Positions 28,944-37,242 are shown, counted from the first letter of the stretch. The stretch is 64,000 nucleotides of DNA from an uncultured Oscillospiraceae bacterium (GCA_964385605.1 CAYLPQ010000002.1:28611-92610), one strand, 5' to 3'. A program made the numbers and translations. Notes: generated from the sequence alone by a model not told the origin.

Positions 28944-29192
28944 ATGGAACAAAAAATAAGACGCGACCGTAATATGGGTGATAATTTAAGAAAACTTCGA
29001 CTTGAACATAATTTATCACAAGAGAAGCTTTGTGCTGAACTTCAACGACGTGGTTGTGATATTGGTCGTAGCACTTATGCAAAGTATGAAGCAGGTGAGT
29101 TGAACATCCGAGCAAGTATAATTATTGAATTGAAGAAAATCTACAATTGTTCATACGATGACTTTTTCGAAGGATTAGATATTAGTGTATAA
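28944..29192 (+). CDS. XRE-family HTH transcriptional regulator
   Basis: LRKLRLEHNLSQEKLCAELQRRGCDIGRSTYAKYEAGELNIRASIIIELKKIYNCSYDDFF is a canonical HTH_3 pattern. The start could instead be the Met at 28974. Confidence 0.8.
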   Translation: MEQKIRRDRNMGDNLRKLRLEHNLSQEKLCAELQRRGCDIGRSTYAKYEAGELNIRASIIIELKKIYNCSYDDFFEGLDISV

Positions 29193-29193
29193 A

Positions 29194-29234
29194 ATTTAAC
29201 ACGGAGCTATCATTTTGGTAGCTCCGTGTTAAAT
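29194..29234 (+). terminator. 16-bp perfect hairpin after the XRE gene
   Basis: ATTTAACACGGAGCTA / TAGCTCCGTGTTAAAT with a 9-nt loop. The T-tail is weak. Confidence 0.55.
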
Positions 29235-29253
29235 TGAGAGATAAATGCAGAGG

Positions 29254-29544
29254 AGAGCACCTGACTCTTAATCAGGGTGTATGAAAGTTAGATTTGCTTT
29301 TGAATAGTGCAAACTCTGCCGCTTCAGCTTAATAGGTCGCTATGGTGGAAACGACACCTTGTAGCAGCACAGCTTGTGCGTGGCGGATAAACCACCACTG
29401 CAAACTGTGGCTACTGCGTTTCTACATCACCCTCTTCATCTGCCATCGGCAGCGAGGGTGATGTAGACTACCAACTTCGCACGATCAGTTGGTAAAGCAC
29501 AAAACTTAATAAGAGGCACGAATTAAGTCCCTGATGGCGCACCA
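29254..29544 (+). other. Inverted partial copy of tRNA-Lys (27 nt + 19 nt) interrupted by a 245-nt hairpin-rich insert; pseudo-tRNA, att scar or unknown ncRNA
   Basis: 29254-29280 (AGAGCACCTGACTCTTAATCAGGGTGT) matches the D-stem 3' strand through the variable loop of the tRNA-Lys on the other strand. 29526-29544 (AGTCCCTGATGGCGCACCA) matches its T-stem 3' strand, acceptor and CCA. The 10 nt CCAGGGTTCG are replaced by 245 nt. Confidence 0.5.
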
Positions 29545-29548
29545 AAAC

Positions 29549-29580
29549 AAAAAAGCACTTCTTTGACGAAGTGCTTTTTT
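29549..29580. terminator. Bidirectional terminator downstream of tRNA-Lys
   Basis: AAAAAAGCACTTC-tttgac-GAAGTGCTTTTTT. It forms the centre of a 36+6+36-nt perfect palindrome (29526-29603). Confidence 0.8.
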
Positions 29581-29584
29581 GTTT

Positions 29585-29660
29585 TGGTGCGCCATCAGGG
29601 ACTCGAACCCTGGACACCCTGATTAAGAGTCAGGTGCTCTACCAACTGAGCTAATGGCAC
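29585..29660 (-). tRNA. tRNA-Lys (anticodon CTT)
   Basis: Reverse complement GTGCCATTAGCTCAGTTGGTAGAGCACCTGACTCTTAATCAGGGTGTCCAGGGTTCGAGTCCCTGATGGCGCACCA. It folds as a 76-nt cloverleaf with anticodon loop CTCTTAA and encoded CCA. Confidence 0.95.
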
Positions 29661-29666
29661 ATATTA

Positions 29667-29742
29667 TGGAGCTGCCCAGCAGATTCGAACTGCCGACCTC
29701 TTCCTTACCAAGGAAGTGCTCTGCCTGCTGAGCTAGGGCAGC
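29667..29742 (-). tRNA. tRNA-Thr (anticodon GGT)
   Basis: Reverse complement GCTGCCCTAGCTCAGCAGGCAGAGCACTTCCTTGGTAAGGAAGAGGTCGGCAGTTCGAATCTGCTGGGCAGCTCCA. Anticodon loop TTGGTAA, T-loop TTCGAAT, encoded CCA. Confidence 0.95.
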
Positions 29743-29747
29743 ATATT

Positions 29748-29824
29748 TGGCGACCCGGAAGGGGCTCGAACCCTCGACCTCCAGCGTGACAGGCTGGCGT
29801 TCTAACCAACTGAACTACCGGGCC
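29748..29824 (-). tRNA. tRNA-Asp (anticodon GTC)
   Basis: Reverse complement GGCCCGGTAGTTCAGTTGGTTAGAACGCCAGCCTGTCACGCTGGAGGTCGAGGGTTCGAGCCCCTTCCGGGTCGCCA. Anticodon loop CTGTCAC, 77 nt, encoded CCA. Confidence 0.95.
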
Positions 29825-29877
29825 GTATGTATCATCACGTCAAATGCCGAGACATTTGTTATCCGCTGACTTGACCT

Positions 29878-29906
29878 ATTATAATGGTTTTTTGGAGATT
29901 TGTCAA
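29878..29906 (-). promoter_or_regulatory. Consensus sigma-A promoter of the tRNA Asp-Thr-Lys operon
   Basis: On the minus strand: TTGACA (29906-29901), 17-nt spacer, TATAAT (29883-29878), about 55 nt upstream of tRNA-Asp. Confidence 0.8.
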
Positions 29907-29968
29907 TAGGTAATTTGAAAAAAATCCAAGTTTTTTTTAAAATATTCCACGAAAGCTCGGTTATTTGA

Positions 29969-29997
29969 TTGACAAACACTGACATATGGGTTAAAAT
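29969..29997 (+). promoter_or_regulatory. Promoter of glyQS
   Basis: TTGACA (29969-74), 17-nt spacer, TAAAAT (29992-97). The resulting leader is only ~40 nt. Confidence 0.65.
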
Positions 29998-30040
29998 AGG
30001 GATATTGAGAAAGAAAATGTGTTTTTGGAGGTATCTTTTT

Positions 30041-31432
30041 ATGAGAAATCAGGATAAAACAATGGAAAAAATCGTTGCCCTTTGTAAAGGTCGCGGTTAT
30101 GTGTATGCAGGTAGTGAGATTTACGGCGGTCTTTCCAATACTTGGGACTACGGCCCTCTCGGTGTAGAATACAAGAATAACGTTAAAAAAGCTTGGTGGA
30201 AGAAGTTCGTTACAGAAAGTCCCTACAACGTAGGTCTTGACTGTGCTATTCTTATGAATCCCCAGGTTTGGGTTGCAAGCGGTCACGTTGGCGGTTTCTC
30301 CGATCCGCTTATGGACTGCAAGGAATGTAAGGCAAGACACCGTGCGGACAAGCTTATTGAAGATTTCTGCCACGAAAAAGGCGAGGATATTGTTGTTGAC
30401 GGCTGGAGCAATGAAGAAATGCTCAAGTATATTGATGAGAACGGTATCAACTGCCCCGACTGTGGCAAGCATAACTTTACAGATATTCGTAAGTTCAATC
30501 TTATGTTCAAGACTTTCCAGGGTGTTACTGAAGATGCGAAGGCGGAGATTTATCTTCGTCCCGAAACTGCACAGGGGATCTTTGTAAACTTTAAGAATGT
30601 TGCACGTACAAGCCGTAAGAAGGTTCCTTTTGGTATTGCGCAGGTTGGTAAGTCTTTCCGTAACGAGATTACACCCGGTAACTTTATTTTCAGAACAAGA
30701 GAGTTTGAGCAGATGGAGCTTGAATTCTTCTGCAAACCCGGAACAGACCTTGAATGGTTTAAGTACTGGAAGGATTACTGCAGAGATTTCCTTCTTACTC
30801 TCGGAATGAAAGAGGAAAACATCCGTATGCGTGACCATAGTCCTGAAGAACTCAGCCACTATTCAAACGCAACTACAGATATTGAATTCATGTTCCCCTT
30901 TGGTTGGGGCGAGCTTTGGGGTATTGCTGACAGAACAGACTTCGACCTTACACAGCATCAGAACCACAGTGGCGAAAGCATGGAATATATTGACCAGATT
31001 ACAAATGAGCGCTATGTACCTTACGTTGTAGAGCCGTCTCTTGGTGCTGACCGTGTTGCACTTGCTTTCCTTTGCGAAGCATATGATGAGGAAGAAGTGG
31101 GCGAGGGAGATACAAGAGTTGTACTTCGTCTTCATCCTGCACTTGCACCTGTTAAAGCTGCAGTTCTTCCCCTCTCAAAGAAACTTGGCGACAAGGCTGA
31201 CGAGGTTTATCAGAAGCTTATCAAGAAATATAACTGTGAGTATGACGATGCAGGCTCAATCGGTAAACGTTACCGCAGACAGGACGAAATTGGTACTCCT
31301 GTATGTATCACAGTTGACTTTGATACTCTTGAGGACGGCTGTGTAACTCTTCGTGACCGTGACACTATGGAGCAGAAGAGAATTAAGATTGAAGAAATTG
31401 ATTCCTATATGGAACAGATGCTTGAATGGTAA
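30041..31432 (+). CDS. glyQS: Glycine--tRNA ligase (homodimeric class II, GlyQS type)
   Basis: ATG 30041 lies 9 nt after GGAGG. Conserved blocks [49 protein letters not shown] and EPSLGADRV. The product is ~463 aa. Confidence 0.95.
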   Translation: MRNQDKTMEKIVALCKGRGYVYAGSEIYGGLSNTWDYGPLGVEYKNNVKKAWWKKFVTESPYNVGLDCAILMNPQVWVASGHVGGFSDPLMDCKECKARHRADKLIEDFCHEKGEDIVVDGWSNEEMLKYIDENGINCPDCGKHNFTDIRKFNLMFKTFQGVTEDAKAEIYLRPETAQGIFVNFKNVARTSRKKVPFGIAQVGKSFRNEITPGNFIFRTREFEQMELEFFCKPGTDLEWFKYWKDYCRDFLLTLGMKEENIRMRDHSPEELSHYSNATTDIEFMFPFGWGELWGIADRTDFDLTQHQNHSGESMEYIDQITNERYVPYVVEPSLGADRVALAFLCEAYDEEEVGEGDTRVVLRLHPALAPVKAAVLPLSKKLGDKADEVYQKLIKKYNCEYDDAGSIGKRYRRQDEIGTPVCITVDFDTLEDGCVTLRDRDTMEQKRIKIEEIDSYMEQMLEW

Positions 31433-32625
31433 TGAGAAGTCCGAAAGAAATCATATACGAAAGATTTATAACCCCTTTTGCGGGGCGGGTGAGAGGAAAT
31501 ATCGGGGTAGAGCTTGAGTTCCCTCTTATAAACAAAAACGGTGGCAATGTTGACACCGTTTTTGTCAGTTCAATAATGGATTATTTCGAGAAAAAAGGAT
31601 TCAGATGTGTCCTATGGGGTGTAGGTGGAGAAAAGCTTTTTATGGAAAATTCCGCAGGAGATACCTTAAGCTTTGATAACTCCTACAACAATTTTGAGTT
31701 TTCGATGATGTACGGTGACAACCTCCTTGATATAAAAAAGAGGTTTTTTGAGTATTACAGTGAAGTACAGGGATTTCTTAACAAAGGAAATCACGCACTC
31801 TGCCCCCGCGGTACAAACCCGAATTATCCCGGAATTGACGTAAATCATACTCCATTTTCTACCTATAATATGGTACAGGAATATCTGCATAAGTTTCGGG
31901 GTAGTCACAGATACAACGATTTTCCTGCGTTTATGTCATCGGTGCAGACGCATCTTGACACAGATTTGAAGAGCCTTCCGGAAGTTTATACCCTCTTTTG
32001 CAGAATGGATTTTGTAAGAGGTCTGCTCTTTGGGAATTCCCCTGATTTTGAGGGGAAAGGGTGGAGAATTTTCCGCGATTATCTGTGGGAGAAAAGCGGA
32101 TTCGGCAACTGTCCCGAAATTACGGGAAGTGTGGACTATGCTTTTAATACGACAGATGATATTGTTGATTTCTTTCTAAAAAAGGGTATGTTTAATCGTA
32201 TCCGCGACGGTAAGTATGAGGTGTTTGAGCCTGTAGAGATAAAAAAATACTTTTCCGAAGAAAAGTATGGTGCAAAGGAAGAAGATATTGAGTTCTATCT
32301 TTCTTTCCGCAATGTGGAAATTACTTCAAGAGGAACCCTTGAAATCCGCAGTGATTGTACACAGCCCGAGGGTAGATTCCTTATGCCACCGGCATTTAAT
32401 CTGGGTATACTTTATAACGCAGATAAAGCGCGAGAATGCCTTGAAAACTTCTTTAAAACTAACGGAATAAACAAACTCCCCTCTGAACTTCGAAACCTCG
32501 TCTGCGAGTCGCGAGAAATAGAAATAGCACCGAAAGAAGTGCTTGACAAGCTTTCGGGCGATATGCTTGAAATTGCCAGTGAAGGACTAAAAAAACGTGG
32601 CAAAGGTGAAGAAATATTGCTTTAA
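31426..32625 (+). CDS. Glutamate--cysteine ligase family (GCS2-like carboxylate-amine ligase) protein
   Basis: [18 protein letters not shown] and [12 protein letters not shown] motifs are typical of the GCL superfamily. The start (ATGGTAATG) overlaps the glyQS stop codon. Confidence 0.6.
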   Translation: MVMRSPKEIIYERFITPFAGRVRGNIGVELEFPLINKNGGNVDTVFVSSIMDYFEKKGFRCVLWGVGGEKLFMENSAGDTLSFDNSYNNFEFSMMYGDNLLDIKKRFFEYYSEVQGFLNKGNHALCPRGTNPNYPGIDVNHTPFSTYNMVQEYLHKFRGSHRYNDFPAFMSSVQTHLDTDLKSLPEVYTLFCRMDFVRGLLFGNSPDFEGKGWRIFRDYLWEKSGFGNCPEITGSVDYAFNTTDDIVDFFLKKGMFNRIRDGKYEVFEPVEIKKYFSEEKYGAKEEDIEFYLSFRNVEITSRGTLEIRSDCTQPEGRFLMPPAFNLGILYNADKARECLENFFKTNGINKLPSELRNLVCESREIEIAPKEVLDKLSGDMLEIASEGLKKRGKGEEILL

Positions 32626-32628
32626 ATG

Positions 32629-34448
32629 AAAAGGGGCTGTAGCAAAACGATTTTTTTAATCGGGTTGACTACAGCCCTGTTTTTCTGTCTTTAAATAAGA
32701 AAAATATGCAAAATCCCATGTTTTTTTGCACACCAAATAAGAGGGGTAACCTCTTGTTAAATAATTTATTCAGTTGTGTTTCCTTTAAGCCGAAAGTTTA
32801 CCATGAAGCTGCGTTCCCGTTCGATTATCTTGAATTTTATGGTGTAATTTGTTGATGTCATATGCCATTGCAACAATTGCAATTTCTGTTTGAACTTTCT
32901 TTTTTCCTCGAAGTAAAAATTGTCTGAATTTGTAATTTTCTTTTATCACTCCAAACGCACCTTCTGATTGTATGCTTCTGTTTGTGCGAAGCAGTATTCC
33001 CATTGGTGATGTAATATTTGCAAGAGATTGTTTTCTTTGTTCTATGAATTTTTTCGATACTTGCATTTTGCGGTTTCCTTTGCTTCGTGTACAGCTTTTC
33101 TTATGCGGGCAACCTTCGCAACTCTCACATTCATAGTATGTGATTTCACTTTCAAAACCGGATTTGCTTTTTCGTTTTCCCTGATACACAGCTCTAAGCT
33201 TTCTGCCATTTTGGCAAGTATATTCGTCATTATCGGCATCATAATGCATATTTTCCCGAAGTGCCATATTGTTCTTGAATTTCTTTGTCTTTGAACGTTC
33301 GTAATTTTGCGGTTTTATGTAGCAATTCTGCTTCTTTTCTTCAAAGTATGTATAGTTTTCTTCACTCTCATAACCTGCATCAGCTGTTACATCATCATAT
33401 TGAACGTCAAGATACTGTTCCATTTTATCAATTAGCGGTATTAAAGTCAGCTGGTCGCTTCTTTCGCTTGATATATCAAAGCCTGTAATATATTCTCCTT
33501 CTACAGCTAATTGCAGATTGTATGCAGGCTTAAGTTGTGCATTTCTCATATGGTCTTCTTTAAGATGCATAAAGGTTGCAGTTGGATCAGTTTTCGAAAA
33601 ACTGTTTCTGCCTGCAAATGTTTCCTGATACTTTTCATATTTTTTCTTGCGTTCTACAAGCTCCGCGAGTTGTTCAATATCTCTTTGAATTTCGCTTTTT
33701 CTTCTTCCTCTGCCATATACAAACGGTGTCAGAACTTTTGAATTTAACACATTAAGAAGCTCTTCAGCTTCTTTGCAGTCAACCATATATTTCAGACATA
33801 AATCAGGGATTAATTTATCCAATTTTTCAAGCAGACGAGTTTCATATTTTGTAGTACTCTTTTTCCATACAAAGCTATATTTATTCGCATTTGCTTCAAT
33901 TTTTGTACCATCTACAAAAAGATGCTCAAATTGTATTTCACCTAATTCCTTAAGTTTTTGAACAAGCTGATAAAACAGTTCTTCGTAACATTCACTCAAC
34001 CGAGTGCTTCTAAATCTGGATATTTCATGATAACTTGGAGCTTCTTCTCCGTTCAGAAGCCAGATGTAGTTAATATCCCTTGTGCAAGCCGAGTGGATAT
34101 TTCTGCTTGAATATTCACCTTCCATAGCTGCATATATTACAATTTTGAGCAAGGTTCGAGGAGTGGTTGCGCTTCTTCTGCCTAAATGAGAATATGTTCG
34201 GTAAAGTACTGTCAAATCCATTTCGTCAATTACTTCATCAAGCAAACGAACACTATCATTTTCGGGAATTATTTTTTCTGCAAATTCTTCTGAAATTAAT
34301 AGTTGAATATTTCTTTTCATTTTGGTATAATCTCCTTGGTATTAGTTTTATTTCGCAATTTAATTATACCAAAAAATGAGGACTTTTGCTACTGCAATTG
34401 TCCTCATTTTTCTCTTTTTCGGGCTGTTATTTTGCTACAGCCCCTTTT
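32629..34448 (-). mobile_element. IS1182-family insertion sequence (1820 bp) with 19-bp perfect terminal inverted repeats
   Basis: AAAAGGGGCTGTAGCAAAA at 32629-32647 and its exact reverse complement at 34430-34448. There is a single transposase ORF. Each end forms a subterminal hairpin (GGGCTGTAG/CTACAGCCC and GGGCTGT/ACAGCCC). Confidence 0.7.
32785..34320 (-). CDS. IS1182-family DDE transposase
   Basis: 511 aa. The N-terminal region (NDSVRLLDEVIDEMDL...YSHLGRRSATTPRTLLKIVIYA), the Cys-rich block (YYECESCEGCPHKKSCT) and the C-terminal DDE region (GAFGVIKENYKFRQFLLRG) match the IS1182/IS5-like pattern. An extended -10 TGGTATAAT lies upstream. Confidence 0.85.
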   Translation of the reverse strand: MKRNIQLLISEEFAEKIIPENDSVRLLDEVIDEMDLTVLYRTYSHLGRRSATTPRTLLKIVIYAAMEGEYSSRNIHSACTRDINYIWLLNGEEAPSYHEISRFRSTRLSECYEELFYQLVQKLKELGEIQFEHLFVDGTKIEANANKYSFVWKKSTTKYETRLLEKLDKLIPDLCLKYMVDCKEAEELLNVLNSKVLTPFVYGRGRRKSEIQRDIEQLAELVERKKKYEKYQETFAGRNSFSKTDPTATFMHLKEDHMRNAQLKPAYNLQLAVEGEYITGFDISSERSDQLTLIPLIDKMEQYLDVQYDDVTADAGYESEENYTYFEEKKQNCYIKPQNYERSKTKKFKNNMALRENMHYDADNDEYTCQNGRKLRAVYQGKRKSKSGFESEITYYECESCEGCPHKKSCTRSKGNRKMQVSKKFIEQRKQSLANITSPMGILLRTNRSIQSEGAFGVIKENYKFRQFLLRGKKKVQTEIAIVAMAYDINKLHHKIQDNRTGTQLHGKLSA

Positions 34449-34555
34449 TGTATGTGTTGATGAAAGCAATAGAAAAGTCCCACTGTCTTTAAAAAGATGC
34501 CAAAAAATGTACGTTCCCAAATGGTGCGTCTCATTGTCAGATGTCCGTGTTTTTT

Positions 34556-35044
34556 CTACTTATTATTTATTGCTTCGACAATTCTATCGGTTTGAACTCG
34601 GTTATTTGTATCGTCCAATCGTTCGGAAATGATTTGTCTAATCTGTCTTTCAGCTAAATTTGACTTTGACTTCTCGAAGATTAAAAAAGAAACATTTTTT
34701 ATATCTCCAGCAGTAGTTTTGACTGTAAGAACGGTCTCAAAAGCTGTAATAGCTTTATTTGCTCCCACTAACATTAAAATCAAAGCGGCAAAAAAGCTTT
34801 CCGAAATCAAACTTAAACCAACTATAAAAATAATTGCTCCAAGAATTAAAGAACCAAAATGAAGTTTAAAATTGGATTCTACCAATGCCAACTGTGACAC
34901 AGGTATAGAATCCTTTTTTGCCCCCAAGGGAATTAAACTTAAAATCGTATTTGGCTTTTTCAAGTTAACAAAATTTTGTTCTTGTCGGCTCTCCCCCTTT
35001 AAATAAAATGTCAGCAATGATGTCATATACTGTATAGGTTTCAT
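34556..35044 (-). CDS. Hypothetical two-TM membrane protein (163 aa)
   Basis: ATG 35044 lies 4 nt after GGAGGGG. Hydrophobic helices FGSLILGAIIFIVGLSLI and FFAALILMLVGANKAI. No family recognised. Confidence 0.55.
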   Translation of the reverse strand: MKPIQYMTSLLTFYLKGESRQEQNFVNLKKPNTILSLIPLGAKKDSIPVSQLALVESNFKLHFGSLILGAIIFIVGLSLISESFFAALILMLVGANKAITAFETVLTVKTTAGDIKNVSFLIFEKSKSNLAERQIRQIISERLDDTNNRVQTDRIVEAINNK

Positions 35045-35066
35045 ATAACCCCTCCAAATAATTATT

Positions 35067-35267
35067 GTCGAAAAACGACTAAAAACAAAAAAGCTAACAC
35101 AACTTGCATTACAAATGAAAACAGGAATCGACCAAGCACTACTCTCTAAATTTGAAAACGGTGAGCGAATTCCCCCAACTGATACACTCATTAGACTTGC
35201 AGATTTTTATGATGTCAGCATTGACTATATACTATGTCGTACAGATAATTCCAAAATCAACAAATAA
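35067..35267 (+). CDS. XRE-family HTH ORF lacking a canonical start codon/RBS (possibly a truncated pseudogene)
   Basis: Translation VEKRLKTKKLTQLALQMKTGIDQALLSKFENGERIPPTDTLIRLADFYDVSIDYILCRTD is a full HTH_3 domain. The only in-frame ATG (35115) would remove helices 1-2. The upstream in-frame codons are ATA ATT ATT GTC. Confidence 0.35.
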   Translation, partial: VEKRLKTKKLTQLALQMKTGIDQALLSKFENGERIPPTDTLIRLADFYDVSIDYILCRTDNSKINK

Positions 35268-35465
35268 TACTTTGAGAAATGGACAGGTACATTATTTGTC
35301 AACTTTTGTGGGGAAGACTTTATAAATCGAAATACTGTTTAAAATAATTAGATATGATATAAAGTAAATAGTAAAAAAGAACAGATTGTCAAGGAAAAAT
35401 ACGCGAGCTATGCTCGCCCTATGACAAACCTGTTCTTTTTTTATATCCGCTTATTTAATTTTTTA

Positions 35466-36203
35466 TTACACAATGGTCTTTCGAAGCCATTCAAGTGTGC
35501 AGTTTACCATATGTTTGCCTGTTTCTTCACTTGCTTCCTTGGCGCTTTCGGCAAACCATTCGGTATTGCGCTCACAGCGGTTGAGGTCTACAAGCTCGGG
35601 ATAGGTTCCCATCATAAGGCTTGTTTCCCACTTTCCTGCATGGTCGAAGCCACCACACTTAATCTGTGCATCTGCACCGATAAGGGGAATAACCTTGATG
35701 TAAGAGAAGGGATCGTCTTCGCTACCCATATCTTCGTAATAGGAGGCATAGGCATCGCTACCCCACCAGCCTTTACCGAGTTTTTCTTCCATATATTCCA
35801 TAGTTACCTTTTTAGCGGCCTTATGGCAGGCAATTGTCATAGGCATCAATCCTGCACCCTCTGTCTGATGATGAGCCACAAGATAAATATTCTTATGACC
35901 TGCATTAATCATAGACTTCAGTATGTAGTACAGGTAGTTTGCATAAGCATCCTCGTCTACATGGAAGTGGCTGGGCTTGGGAGCACATACTGCGTATGAT
36001 GCCACACCGTACCAGATAGGGGGACAAACGACGATTTCCTTTTCCTTTTCAAGCTCTCTTAAACAACCTGTGATAACGAGTGTATCTGTTCCGCATGAAG
36101 CATGGCGGGCATGATATTCCAGAGTACCAATCGGAATCACGAATGGAACCTTTCTATCCACTGCGTCTTGGATTTCATCATATAACATTTCAAGCATCTG
36201 CAT
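35466..36203 (-). CDS. Creatininase (creatinine amidohydrolase) family protein
   Basis: The N-terminal FVIPIGTLEYHARH motif and later HHQTEG and GHAGKWETS motifs fit the creatininase/MftE-like family. A long hairpin terminator lies at about 35385-35452. Confidence 0.7.
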   Translation of the reverse strand: MQMLEMLYDEIQDAVDRKVPFVIPIGTLEYHARHASCGTDTLVITGCLRELEKEKEIVVCPPIWYGVASYAVCAPKPSHFHVDEDAYANYLYYILKSMINAGHKNIYLVAHHQTEGAGLMPMTIACHKAAKKVTMEYMEEKLGKGWWGSDAYASYYEDMGSEDDPFSYIKVIPLIGADAQIKCGGFDHAGKWETSLMMGTYPELVDLNRCERNTEWFAESAKEASEETGKHMVNCTLEWLRKTIV

Positions 36204-36296
36204 TGTTCATTTCTCCTATTCCTATTAATATAAGAATATTATATGCCAAATATCAGTGAAAGTCAAGAAACCAGTTGATTTAATCCGCTTTTTTTG

Positions 36297-36695
36297 TTAT
36301 TTAATCGTATAGACTCCCTTAATCATAATAAGGCAGTCGGTTGAGGTTTTAAGTCCTCTGCCGTCATCAACAGGGCAGATAAGGTGATGATTACCCTGAA
36401 CAGCAGTTCCGTCGGGAAGGTCATAGCCCATAGTTACGTCGCTGATGCCGCCTTTCTGTGTTCCGATAACAGTACAGTTACCCATACGGAGAATTGCCTC
36501 TGTGCCGGAACCGAAAATAACGGATTTTCCTGCGGGAACGTCTACAACCTTAAAACGTGTTGAGGGATATACAACACTTTCAACATAACTGCGGGTAATG
36601 AGGGGATCACCGTCAGTTCCCGGCTCTGCCGCAAATGTGCCTGCAACAAGAAGCAGGCAAAGAACCATTCCTACCATTAAAATACGTTTTTTCAT
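36297..36695 (-). CDS. Small secreted hypothetical protein (132 aa)
   Basis: ATG 36695 follows GAAAGGA. Signal peptide MKKRILMVGMVLCLLLVAGTFA|AE. The longer ORF to 36854 overlaps the mazF end and has no RBS. Confidence 0.55.
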   Translation of the reverse strand: MKKRILMVGMVLCLLLVAGTFAAEPGTDGDPLITRSYVESVVYPSTRFKVVDVPAGKSVIFGSGTEAILRMGNCTVIGTQKGGISDVTMGYDLPDGTAVQGNHHLICPVDDGRGLKTSTDCLIMIKGVYTIK

Positions 36696-36840
36696 AAGTA
36701 ACAAATCCTTTCTGTGTTTGATAAATATACTTTTTAACCGTATAGGAATTTGCGTAAATTTAATACGCAGGTATCCTTGTTTGCACAAGATCAGAGTGCG
36801 ACATGCGTGCAGGCGCAGCCTGCTTTTTAACATTTCATCA

Positions 36841-37185
36841 TTATATAAGTCCAAAGCTTATCTGTATAGCATCATTTACTTTTATCATCTGAAGTTCATC
36901 AAGTCTACCGATTTTTTCCCGAAGACGTTGTTTATCTATAGTACGCACCTGTTCAAGTAAAATTACGCTGTCGCGGCTGAGCCCGTACTGTTGTGCATCA
37001 ATCTCAATATGAGTAGGCATTTTGGCTTTGTTAATCTTACTTGTTATTGCTGCGGCAATAACGGTCGGACTGTATTTGTTGCCTACGTCATTCTGCACTA
37101 CGAGAACAGGTCGTATACCACCTTGCTCGGACCCTATTACAGGACTGAGGTCAGCATAAAAAATGTCACCGCGTTTAACTATCAA
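36841..37185 (-). CDS. mazF: MazF/EndoA (PemK family) endoribonuclease toxin
   Basis: [61 protein letters not shown]...[16 protein letters not shown] closely parallels B. subtilis NdoA. The start is probably TTG at 37185 (or GTG at 37194), after GGAGAG. Confidence 0.9.
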   Translation of the reverse strand: MIVKRGDIFYADLSPVIGSEQGGIRPVLVVQNDVGNKYSPTVIAAAITSKINKAKMPTHIEIDAQQYGLSRDSVILLEQVRTIDKQRLREKIGRLDELQMIKVNDAIQISFGLI

Positions 37186-37242
37186 TTTTTTCACTCTCCG
37201 TCGGGAAAGCCATACTCTGACAGTACGCGCTTGCACTGCGTG

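Noticed and set aside
29281-29525. Considered whether the 245-nt insert in the tRNA-Lys-like sequence is a group I intron. GGTGATGTAGACTACC faintly recalls the group I R element (compare GGTGTAGAGACTAGAC of the Azoarcus tRNA-Ile intron).
   Set aside because: The insertion is not in the anticodon loop. Removing it would not restore a tRNA, because 10 nt of the T-arm and the whole 5' acceptor/D region are missing. I cannot identify the P3-P8 core by eye. It remains an open question for an Rfam scan.
29830-30060. Expected a glycine T-box riboswitch upstream of glyQS.
   Set aside because: The spacer holds two divergent promoters and leaves only a ~40-nt leader. There is no specifier hairpin, no T-box sequence (no GGTGGTACC-like motif) and no terminator/antiterminator pair.
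29903-30859. A 318-aa ORF on the minus strand, exactly antisense to glyQS. This is strikingly long for an AT-rich genome.
   Set aside because: Its codons are in register with the glyQS codons, so antisense stops would require sense TTA, CTA or TCA codons. A highly expressed gene with strong codon bias (Leu as CTT, Ser as AGC/TCC) simply avoids these. There is no RBS, the composition is not protein-like, and it overlaps a certain gene. I treat it as a shadow ORF.
34303-34632. A 109-aa + strand ORF spanning the IS end and the adjacent spacer.
   Set aside because: It crosses the IS terminal repeat and hairpins, has no RBS, and its translation is hydrophobic and low-complexity. It is most likely spurious.
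35421-35999. Other long antisense or overlapping ORFs in the track. Examples are 35421..35999, 38129..38620, 38630..39001, 40536..41024, 47012..47521, 721..1104, 3211..3792, 4003..4500, 54626..55084, 55015..55608 and 13759..14112.
   Set aside because: Each lies inside, and on the opposite strand or in another frame of, a gene with clear family motifs. Their translations are low-complexity or Cys/Phe/Leu-rich with no start signals. These are typical shadow ORFs.
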